This document shows positions 1 through 7,138 of a stretch of 64,000 nt of DNA, piece after piece; within the stretch, counting starts at the first letter, position 1; each line of letters opens with the position of its first letter. The notes under the pieces were generated by a model, which saw nothing but the letters and a program-made list of their open reading frames with translations, was not told the DNA's origin and did not search any database. The stretch is from a virus: the IMG/VR virus record IMGVR_UViG_3300032523_001141, positions 1 through 64,000 of that record. One strand, 5' to 3'. A program made the translations under genes and the position numbers.

Positions 1-124
1 GTAGGACTAGTCGCGCGACTATCGGCCACTCGTCCCTAGAGTTTCTCCACCAGTCTTTCATATCCGCAGGCATCTCCGACGATAGTTCCGCGTCGTACGC
101 TATCAGTCGGTCAGCGTCGGTCAT
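1..124 (-). CDS. hypothetical protein, 5' part only (MTDADRLIAYDAELSSEMPADMKDWWRN...), runs off window
   Basis: ATG at 124 overlaps the TGA of the upstream gene (ATGA coupling); frame is open to the window edge. Confidence 0.6.
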   Translation of the reverse strand, partial: MTDADRLIAYDAELSSEMPADMKDWWRNSRDEWPIVARLVL

Positions 125-399
125 TTTGTTCTCTCCAGCAGTCCGCGCAGCGTGGCGGCCCATGCCCACGCCCCGCGCCCGTGTTCGGCTGCAATCGCAC
201 CGGCAATCGCCTCCCGCTCCTCGTCGGTGAGCGTGGCATCCATCGTCACAATCACGTTGCCGTTGCACACCGAGAGCGTGGCGTCTTGGTCAGCGAGGCG
301 GCGGATGGCTTCCTTGAGCCGATCAATTTCGGCCCGTTGATCCTGCATAATATGATCGGCTTGCTTGAAGTCTCTTATTACTTTAATTGGATCGATCAT
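121..399 (-). CDS. phage hypothetical protein
   Basis: Coupled to both neighbours; ends in LTDEEREAI...AATLRGLLER, a motif recalled from small freshwater-phage proteins. Confidence 0.65.
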   Translation of the reverse strand: MIDPIKVIRDFKQADHIMQDQRAEIDRLKEAIRRLADQDATLSVCNGNVIVTMDATLTDEEREAIAGAIAAEHGRGAWAWAATLRGLLERTK

Positions 400-707
400 G
401 CTGTCTCCTTCACAAAAATACCTTCTGGGGTTAACGTGCCTTTTCTATCTTTGATCTCGTCGTACGCGCGGGCTAAACATCTTTTTATGCTCGTGCCCTG
501 CAATTCGCAGTACAGGATTAACGTAACGAGCACGTCGCCAACGCCATCCATAATGCCGTCGTCGTCGTTTTTAAGCGTGGCGTCGGCTAACTCGCCCAAC
601 TCCGACATTGTCTTCATGAGTTGCGCTGTCGGATTGCTGTTGGGGATGATCTTCCGGTCCATCGCCCACGTCAATACTTTTTCTTCCAGTTCGTGAAACT
701 TCATCAT
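396..707 (-). CDS. MazG-like nucleotide pyrophosphohydrolase
   Basis: QLMKTMSELGELADA...DGVGDVLVTL...AYDEIKDRKG, the typical phage MazG-like pattern. Confidence 0.88.
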   Translation of the reverse strand: MMKFHELEEKVLTWAMDRKIIPNSNPTAQLMKTMSELGELADATLKNDDDGIMDGVGDVLVTLILYCELQGTSIKRCLARAYDEIKDRKGTLTPEGIFVKETA

Positions 708-782
708 CGCTCCCTGCGGTTAGTGTTACTGCTAACGACACAACCTATTGTCGTGTTGCTATTTTTGATTTTTTGCGCCACA

Positions 783-1742
783 TTATCGGCCGGCGGGGCA
801 AAAAGATTCTCGGTAGTTAGCTACGCCACGCTCAACAGAGTTAAAATTTAGCGCGTATCCGGCTCGCCGAAGTCTCGTCAGATCAGCTTGCGTGAATGGC
901 TGGTATCCTGCGCGTAATTCGTCAGGAAATTTGCGAATAATGATATCCGACTCTTTAGCGCCTGCCAGCTCAGCGATCCGCCTAAACGTCGTGGCTTGCC
1001 CGGTACCTACATTGTAGATCCCGCTCTTCGCGGCAAACTGTGCAAAATGTAAGGTTACGTCAACTACGTTATTTACGTGCACGAAATCTCTTGCTGCGGC
1101 CTCGCCATCCTCAAAAATAGTGACCGGTTCGCCATTGGCCAAGCTGCGCAGGCACTGGTACGGGAAACTCGCCATACGCCCTTTCAGCTCTTCTCCGGGG
1201 CCGTAGACGTTGAAGTAGCGCAGACCCACTACTGGCGCCATTCGCCGAGACGTGCCCTCTGAGTCGTCGTACAGGCTTATGTTGGCCGTATGGCGGACGT
1301 AGTTGTCGAACATAAGCTTTGACGCCGCGTAAGGCGACTCAGGCTTCTCGAACTCGGGAGTTTCTTGAAAGCTGCATTTTGCTTGCCGGCCGTATACGCT
1401 GGCTGAACTAGCGTAGACCATTCGGCAGCCGTGTTCAATTGATAACTCGAGCATGTCTTTTGAGAAGGTGAAATTTTGCTCGGCAAGAATCCGGCCGTTT
1501 GTAAACAACGTGTCGGAAATAGCTCCAAGATGGATTATGTTAGTGATGCTTTTTAGCGCTCGGCCCTTACGCCCAAACTCGCGAAAGTCAAAATAGTCGG
1601 CAAAACGGTATTGCGCTAATTTGGGCAATTTCCGGCCGTCTGACAGGTCATCTACAACAATGATATTATAGAAGCCTTTGTAGTTCAGCCGCGCAAGAAC
1701 CTGCGAACCAATAAACCCAACTCCGCCTGTAAGAATTAACAT
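783..1742 (-). CDS. hldD: ADP-L-glycero-D-manno-heptose 6-epimerase-like NAD-dependent epimerase
   Basis: TGGVGFIGS Rossmann motif, VVDDLSDGRK, YASSASVYG, catalytic YAASK, LRYFNVYGP..KGRMAS and YQPFTQADLTRLRRAGY all follow HldD/RfaD. Confidence 0.85.
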   Translation of the reverse strand: MLILTGGVGFIGSQVLARLNYKGFYNIIVVDDLSDGRKLPKLAQYRFADYFDFREFGRKGRALKSITNIIHLGAISDTLFTNGRILAEQNFTFSKDMLELSIEHGCRMVYASSASVYGRQAKCSFQETPEFEKPESPYAASKLMFDNYVRHTANISLYDDSEGTSRRMAPVVGLRYFNVYGPGEELKGRMASFPYQCLRSLANGEPVTIFEDGEAAARDFVHVNNVVDVTLHFAQFAAKSGIYNVGTGQATTFRRIAELAGAKESDIIIRKFPDELRAGYQPFTQADLTRLRRAGYALNFNSVERGVANYRESFCPAGR

Positions 1743-1758
1743 TGCTATCCTTCTGTGT

Positions 1759-1804
1759 AAAAAGAAACCCGGGCGGCAGCATTATTACTACCGCCCGGGC
1801 TTTT
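1759..1804 (-). terminator. intrinsic terminator-like hairpin
   Basis: Stem CCCGGGCGG(T/C)AG at 1768-1799 followed by TTTCTTTTT on the minus strand. Confidence 0.7.
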
Positions 1805-1818
1805 AACTGGTCAACGAA

Positions 1819-3177
1819 TTAGCGCGTGATCGGCTTAATGTGCTGCTTTTGCCACGCTGAAAAACATGGTTTCTTAGCATCAGAAAGCTTGCGCTGGCGA
1901 TCAGCAATAAAATTGTTGCGTTTAGTGGCGTCTTCAATAAGTGGCGCAGCATGCATAAGTTCGCGCAGCTGTGCTGGGCACTTTGACCAGCACCCGCCCC
2001 GTGTCTTTGGCTCGGGTACGTGAAGCTTGTATATCCGAACCATAGCTGCGGCCATTGCCATAAACCGAAAATTTTCGTCTCTGCCTAACGAACCTGCGTC
2101 GGGTATGTACAGCGGAATTGTTTCTTTGCTTATAGTTTTAACGGCGGCTTCTAACGACGACATAAAAGTAACAAGCGACAGCATATGCCGGATACCAGCA
2201 TCATGCGCAAATCCTGGCGTTTCCATACGATCTATGAAAACGCATAACCCGCCAAGTACGGCTCCTTGTATTGCTTTTTTATTTTTATACACACCAGCAA
2301 GTTCTGAATCGCCCAACAAACTAAGGGCGCGACCCACAACCTCCAAGCCTACAAATTTGTAAATCAAATTTTCAATAGTGGCGCCATTGTGGATGTCATT
2401 CCAGCTTTTAGCGTTTGGCTCGCAATTAGCGTTAAAACCGTGTTTAGCTGCTAATTTAATTACTGTCTGCGCTCGCGGATCTAGCGCGCCGGCTACTGCT
2501 CGCGGCCGCCATTGGCAGCTGGACCTAACTACTTTTCGCAATTTTGGATCATTTTGTGAACTAAACATTTGCGCAACTTCCGCCATAGTGTTTACTGCAG
2601 TGACGCCGCACTGCAGTTTAAACACGTCAAATTTAACTTGTTTTAAAAGTTCTGGCTTGTCTCTGTAGTAAAGCTCTAGCTTAGCCGTGCGGCGATGCCA
2701 CGCGTCTGCAATAAGAAACCTTACGTCCACAATGTTGCCAAATTTATCCAACACCGGCAACGCCGCAACGCGAGGAATAGCGTACATATTGTCTCTAAAG
2801 TTACCAACAATATTAGCTACATTGTTAAGACTGCATCGCGGATTATCGCGCCCTACTTCCGGACAAAAATCGAGCATGTTCCATGGAATAGCCATACTAA
2901 TTGAACTGCAATCTTCGTTCGCTTTTTTGGCGGCCTGATGCGTCCGAACAAGCTCGTTGTAAAACTTAATTTTTGCTTGCGCTGTTGCACGCAAATTGTC
3001 GGGCACTTCTTCTAATACCTCTGGGTACAGCGCGTTAAACACTACCACTCTGCCCTCAAAATTTGGCGACCGCATTATGCCGCGTAGCGTTCTTGGTTTT
3101 GCCACAACTGGCGCTGCTACTTTTTCTGCTGCGCGTTTCTTTGCGCCCTTACCTTGCGGATGCTCCGAACGAGCCAT
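1819..3177 (-). CDS. hypothetical protein with ParB/DGQHR-like motif
   Basis: 452-aa ORF with AAGGA RBS; FLIADAWHRRTA resembles the IDGxHR motif; family assignment uncertain. Confidence 0.55.
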   Translation of the reverse strand: MARSEHPQGKGAKKRAAEKVAAPVVAKPRTLRGIMRSPNFEGRVVVFNALYPEVLEEVPDNLRATAQAKIKFYNELVRTHQAAKKANEDCSSISMAIPWNMLDFCPEVGRDNPRCSLNNVANIVGNFRDNMYAIPRVAALPVLDKFGNIVDVRFLIADAWHRRTAKLELYYRDKPELLKQVKFDVFKLQCGVTAVNTMAEVAQMFSSQNDPKLRKVVRSSCQWRPRAVAGALDPRAQTVIKLAAKHGFNANCEPNAKSWNDIHNGATIENLIYKFVGLEVVGRALSLLGDSELAGVYKNKKAIQGAVLGGLCVFIDRMETPGFAHDAGIRHMLSLVTFMSSLEAAVKTISKETIPLYIPDAGSLGRDENFRFMAMAAAMVRIYKLHVPEPKTRGGCWSKCPAQLRELMHAAPLIEDATKRNNFIADRQRKLSDAKKPCFSAWQKQHIKPITR

Positions 3178-3204
3178 AGTTCAGTCCTTTGTGAAAGAGT
3201 CAGT

Positions 3205-3243
3205 CAAACTAAAGGGGAGGGCGGCGCTGTTGCCGCCCTCCCC
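3205..3243 (-). terminator. intrinsic terminator-like hairpin
   Basis: GGGGAGGGCGGC/GCCGCCCTCCCC 12-bp perfect stem, then TTTAGTTT. Confidence 0.65.
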
Positions 3244-3249
3244 AACAAG

Positions 3250-3594
3250 TCAATTAGCTGAAAACTCAGGAATGCCGCTTTTTGTGTCTTGGGGCGACTC
3301 GCGGTCTGGGATTTCAACTTCGGGCAGTAAATCAAACATTCCCATTTCGACATCTACAAACACGTAGTCGAACGGGCCTGTTAGAGACTTTCCGACCATG
3401 ATCCGGCACCGCATATGCGGAGCAACGGGCTGGCCGGCTGCATGTTCGTGAATCATGCAAAACGTTACAGGGAATTTCATTTCGTCAGGCAGGCTGTCTA
3501 CGAAGTCTTCTTCAATTGCGCGATTGTAGTTATTACGCAACGCGCGTTTATTAATGGCCTTCAAGATAGCCTTGTCGCAGAACTTGACTTTCAT
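3250..3594 (-). CDS. hypothetical protein
   Basis: GAGG RBS; fits the minus-strand gene string. Confidence 0.7.
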   Translation of the reverse strand: MKVKFCDKAILKAINKRALRNNYNRAIEEDFVDSLPDEMKFPVTFCMIHEHAAGQPVAPHMRCRIMVGKSLTGPFDYVFVDVEMGMFDLLPEVEIPDRESPQDTKSGIPEFSAN

Positions 3595-3601
3595 CTAAAC
3601 C

Positions 3602-3928
3602 TCAATGGTACCGGACACACGCAAACCAGCCACGCGCGCCTCGAGCCACTCCGATCTCCCGGGGCTTACGCTGACCCCAGAAGCAGCAACTCCGAATAGC
3701 GGCGGCGGCACTTGCGGTGCTGTAGCCTACGCCTTCGTATCCGGAATTCCCGCCAAAATGCCGACACGAGCCACACTGGGCCTGTGTCTCCGCGACGCCC
3801 TGTGCGGACGCCGTATCGGCGCTCGTGGGTGCGCTTGAGGTGTAAGTGTATGAACGCCGAGGCCCGCGGGCTTCAGCAAACGAACCAACCACAAGCACAA
3901 GACCCAGAGCAAAAACAAAAGAACGCAT
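3602..3928 (-). CDS. secreted Cys-containing protein (signal peptide; Planctomycete-type, CAP-like)
   Basis: GGAGG RBS before ATG 3928; signal peptide MRSFVFALGLVLVVGSFAEA; EGVGYS...CCFWGQR...GVARGARGWFACVRY. Confidence 0.7.
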   Translation of the reverse strand: MRSFVFALGLVLVVGSFAEARGPRRSYTYTSSAPTSADTASAQGVAETQAQCGSCRHFGGNSGYEGVGYSTASAAAAIRSCCFWGQRKPREIGVARGARGWFACVRYH

Positions 3929-3957
3929 CGTATCCTCCGTGAAAAACAAAATATCCG

Positions 3958-4266
3958 TCAATCGAACACAGCGCGTAATAGACGATCTATTACGCGCAAC
4001 ACACCGTCCCGAACGTCGTCAGTGAGCGATAAACCGGGCACGATAAACGCCAATTTACCTTCAATGCTTTCGCGGTCGTTACCGCTATTTACGCAATTAA
4101 TAATTGCTTTATTTAGGCTGTCTACGGTTTCTGCCGGCGTGTCTGCTGGCAGCCCCCAATTGTCGTGGTCGAGTTCGCACCGAAATACCCACGGGCGTTT
4201 TTGTACTTCAAATTTGCGGTCAAATCGTTGCCTGCTAGCTCCGTTGCAGTACCCGCTTTTTGGCAT
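3958..4266 (-). CDS. hypothetical protein
   Basis: Fills the gene string and overlaps both neighbours. Confidence 0.55.
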   Translation of the reverse strand: MPKSGYCNGASRQRFDRKFEVQKRPWVFRCELDHDNWGLPADTPAETVDSLNKAIINCVNSGNDRESIEGKLAFIVPGLSLTDDVRDGVLRVIDRLLRAVFD

Positions 4267-4630
4267 GTTCTGCCTTTGTCTCTTTCGCTAGTTCCTTCTC
4301 GAGGTTTTTTTGACTGCCAAGCATCCAAGATTCCGGCCGAATATTCAAGAGCCAATCGGCCACTGTCGGTATTCTGCCGAGATCTTCGTTTACGTGCTGC
4401 TCGCCGACGTACCGAACCGGAACTACGCGGCCGGCCGAATTGGTTATGGTGCTGCCAAAAATCTTTTCAGCCATGAATATGCCTTCAGCGTGGTGCCGTA
4501 GCGCCCGGTGCCGAAAGTCAGCCACATGCGACTTAGACTCGTCAAACCAGTCGTGAATGGCTTGGTAGTCTTTGGGTTTGCCGCCCCATTTCTTGACGCT
4601 TGAAAGCGCGTGGTGGTAGGGGTGGGCCAT
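4235..4630 (-). CDS. DUF6915-like His-rich protein
   Basis: MAHPYHHALSSVKKWGG...IHDWFDESK...RHRALRHHAEGIF...GEQHVNEDLG (recalled family pattern). Confidence 0.8.
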   Translation of the reverse strand: MAHPYHHALSSVKKWGGKPKDYQAIHDWFDESKSHVADFRHRALRHHAEGIFMAEKIFGSTITNSAGRVVPVRYVGEQHVNEDLGRIPTVADWLLNIRPESWMLGSQKNLEKELAKETKAEHAKKRVLQRS

Positions 4631-4923
4631 TATCGTGTCTCTTGATCTGCTAACACGGGTTTATCGTTGTCAACAGTGTGCCAACAAATATTATCGACTA
4701 AAAGTCCGTGAATTTTTAAAAAATACTTTAGTTGATCTTCGACACCGTCTGCGCGCACAGGTTTTTTGGTTTCGTCACAAAAGTTGTCGGCAAAACACGT
4801 AACAGCAATATGATAATAACCGAGATGATTTTTTGACGGCGCTATTTCTATTGCAAAGTCTTCTCCATACGCTATCGCTACGCCGCGCAATATTTTTTTG
4901 CCGTCTAGTTCTGGTATTGGCAT
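4630..4923 (-). CDS. hypothetical protein
   Basis: TAATG coupling to the downstream gene. Confidence 0.6.
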   Translation of the reverse strand: MPIPELDGKKILRGVAIAYGEDFAIEIAPSKNHLGYYHIAVTCFADNFCDETKKPVRADGVEDQLKYFLKIHGLLVDNICWHTVDNDKPVLADQETR

Positions 4924-4924
4924 G

Positions 4925-5134
4925 TTACTCGCTCATGTAAAGGTTAAGAGTCATAGCAAGAGCTTCTTGCGTTGCCGACCAATCGTGCGCGTGCTCTACC
5001 GTGTCAGCAGCTTGCTCCCACGCTTCGTCGTCGGCACGGTCAAACATGTCGGCCTGCCACCACGCTACGATAATGCTTTTTACGCCAGCGGCTTTTTCTG
5101 CCTTCAACAGTTCGATGGCTTCGTCTACGGTCAT
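4925..5134 (-). CDS. hypothetical protein
   Basis: Protein-like composition; fits the gene string. Confidence 0.6.
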   Translation of the reverse strand: MTVDEAIELLKAEKAAGVKSIIVAWWQADMFDRADDEAWEQAADTVEHAHDWSATQEALAMTLNLYMSE

Positions 5135-5212
5135 TTGTAGTCAACCTTACGAGGATGGGATTGGTAATCTGTCTTCTAGCCTGCGTAGTTCTAAACCAGC
5201 ACGCATTTGCTA

Positions 5213-5704
5213 TTAAAGCTCATACTCGTATTCAGAATGTTCAGTGTCCACAATGTTCTGCTCGTGCTCAACCGTTATTTTTTTCTTTGGAATAACTATG
5301 CGCACGACGCCGTAACCGCCTTCGTTGGTTTCAAAGCCGCCGGGAAGCAAACGCCAGACAGAATTGTGTAGTGACTTGGTTAAATCGTCTGGTACAGTCC
5401 CGTCAAATCTTTCACCAAGCGCGGTTCTATAGTCAATGTCCTCAATGTCTCCCGAGTCGCCGCTGCCGCTATATTCTATTTGCACGCTGTACACGCCTAG
5501 CAAAAATAGCTCTGGGCATATTTTTGCAATTTCTTTTTTGGCGTTATCTGCTGCAATCTCTATTCGTTTTTTGTAGTTTTTGAAAACTTCGTCAATATCT
5601 AATGACACAACAGTGTGAACCGGCGCTACAAAAGCCTTTACTTTTTTAACGGCTTTCTTTGTCTTTTTCTTAGAAGCTTTTTTAGCTGTTTTCTTTTTTG
5701 CCAT
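5213..5704 (-). CDS. DUF6878-like protein with Lys-rich N-terminal tail
   Basis: IEYSGSGDSGDIEDI and GFETNEGGYG motifs; basic N-terminus MAKKKTAKKASKKK. Confidence 0.75.
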   Translation of the reverse strand: MAKKKTAKKASKKKTKKAVKKVKAFVAPVHTVVSLDIDEVFKNYKKRIEIAADNAKKEIAKICPELFLLGVYSVQIEYSGSGDSGDIEDIDYRTALGERFDGTVPDDLTKSLHNSVWRLLPGGFETNEGGYGVVRIVIPKKKITVEHEQNIVDTEHSEYEYEL

Positions 5705-5717
5705 AGTTATAGTCTTG

Positions 5718-6242
5718 TTAATAGGAAGCGTAGACAGTGCACGGTTTGCCGGTCTTAGCTTCTTTTAGTTCTGCTAACGTTACAAAATCACGAAAAGACT
5801 GAATGACAGCGTTCACATGTTCGTCGCCTCCTTCAGGATAGAGCCGTTCGCAGCGTTCTATCACAGCTTCTTCTACTGTCATTGGCGCAGTGCTGCCCGA
5901 CGCAATAAATTTTGGCGTAACTGCGTTTTGGCCTGTTTTTTCGCACATTTCTGTAAAAAGCGAGATTAACATCATTGACATGTTGTGCCCGCCGTCGCAG
6001 TTCATAGCCGGCTCTGTGACGTGTGTAAGCCGTTCTCGCATAAGGGCTGCTGGGATCTGCGCCTGACAGTCCTCAGCCTCGAACGCTTCCCGCACTAGAA
6101 TTTTGGTGGCGTAGGGCCCGCCGTGATACGCCTCGCGCAGATAGCCTGCGGCCCCGCTGGTCGTAGAAAACCCGCAGTCAGTTTGCTTCTTCTTGTCTTT
6201 TTTAGACTGTCTCTTCCACTTAAGATAGATATCAATTCCCAT
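5718..6242 (-). CDS. phage hypothetical protein
   Basis: Start moved to ATG 6242 (MGIDIYLKW) after the hairpin and AAGGG RBS; GYLREAYHG motif. Confidence 0.75.
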   Translation of the reverse strand: MGIDIYLKWKRQSKKDKKKQTDCGFSTTSGAAGYLREAYHGGPYATKILVREAFEAEDCQAQIPAALMRERLTHVTEPAMNCDGGHNMSMMLISLFTEMCEKTGQNAVTPKFIASGSTAPMTVEEAVIERCERLYPEGGDEHVNAVIQSFRDFVTLAELKEAKTGKPCTVYASY

Positions 6243-6258
6243 GATTCCCTTTCTGCGT

Positions 6259-6297
6259 AAAAAGAAAGAGGGCGCCGGGTACAAACCCAGCGCCCTC
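6259..6297 (-). terminator. intrinsic terminator-like hairpin
   Basis: GAGGGCGC(T/C)GGGT stem at 6268-6297 followed by TTTCTTTTT. Confidence 0.7.
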
Positions 6298-6331
6298 CGT
6301 GGCGTCATTTCTTGCCCGCGTTAAACGGCGC

Positions 6332-6598
6332 TTACCGACGAACCGGCTTCACGACCGTCCGCGTAGTCTTTCGCACCACCTTGCCGCCAAAAAGGCGGTT
6401 ACGGCAGCTCTCAGACGACTGCGAATTGGCACTGTACAGCCGCGAGTTGCCGCACTGATCGCCGACGCAAATCAGCTGCGGACCGCTGCACGGGGCGGCA
6501 GCTGCTTCCTTGTTGACCAGCACGCTCTGTGGCTCCGAACCACCGAACGAAACACCGGCCGTCAGAACCACGAACGCAAACGTAAAAACAGAACGCAT
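6332..6598 (-). CDS. small secreted Cys-containing protein
   Basis: GAGGA RBS; signal peptide MRSVFTFAFVVLTAGVSFG; 4 Cys; basic C-terminus. Confidence 0.7.
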   Translation of the reverse strand: MRSVFTFAFVVLTAGVSFGGSEPQSVLVNKEAAAAPCSGPQLICVGDQCGNSRLYSANSQSSESCRNRLFGGKVVRKTTRTVVKPVRR

Positions 6599-6657
6599 AG
6601 TAAAGTCCTCAAAAACCAAAAGAAACGTTGCTGACATATCCGTATGCCAGCAATTTG

Positions 6658-7050
6658 CTACTTAGCAGCGCTTTGGATAAAAGCTGTGCAAAATCCAAAG
6701 ATACCTTGTAGCTCCTCAACATAGGGCGCTCGGCCCCATTCTCTTTTGTACGTGCGCTCAATCTTTTGACGCGCTTGTTCCAGTAATTGCTTGTGAATTA
6801 GGTCTATCTCATCATCTAAGACAGGTTCGCCTAGGAACGCCCTGCGGACGGCGTCTTTATAGCTGGTGTCAGTGAGTCTATCAAGCAGTGTACTCACTAC
6901 CTTGTCCAGAATATCTGCAGGCTCATCGCCATTGTAGTAATTTTCTGGAGAATCTTTACCGGGCATGTGATTCTCTAGAACTGCGCCGTCACTACCGCGC
7001 GAAGACCAATTGATTCCGCCAGTTTCACCATCGATTCGCCACCAACCCAT
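6658..7050 (-). CDS. hypothetical protein
   Basis: GAGGGA RBS; 130 aa. Confidence 0.7.
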   Translation of the reverse strand: MGWWRIDGETGGINWSSRGSDGAVLENHMPGKDSPENYYNGDEPADILDKVVSTLLDRLTDTSYKDAVRRAFLGEPVLDDEIDLIHKQLLEQARQKIERTYKREWGRAPYVEELQGIFGFCTAFIQSAAK

Positions 7051-7100
7051 AATTCCCTCTGCTAGTTTGCGTGTTTAACGTAGTTTACTCCTTGTGCGCA

Positions 7101-7131
7101 GCTTGGGAGGGCCAGAGCGACCCTCCCAAGC
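7101..7131. other. intergenic hairpin (11-bp perfect stem)
   Basis: GCTTGGGAGGG/CCCTCCCAAGC just after the vWA gene stop; no U-tract on the minus strand. Confidence 0.6.
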
Positions 7132-7138
7132 GTTTGAA

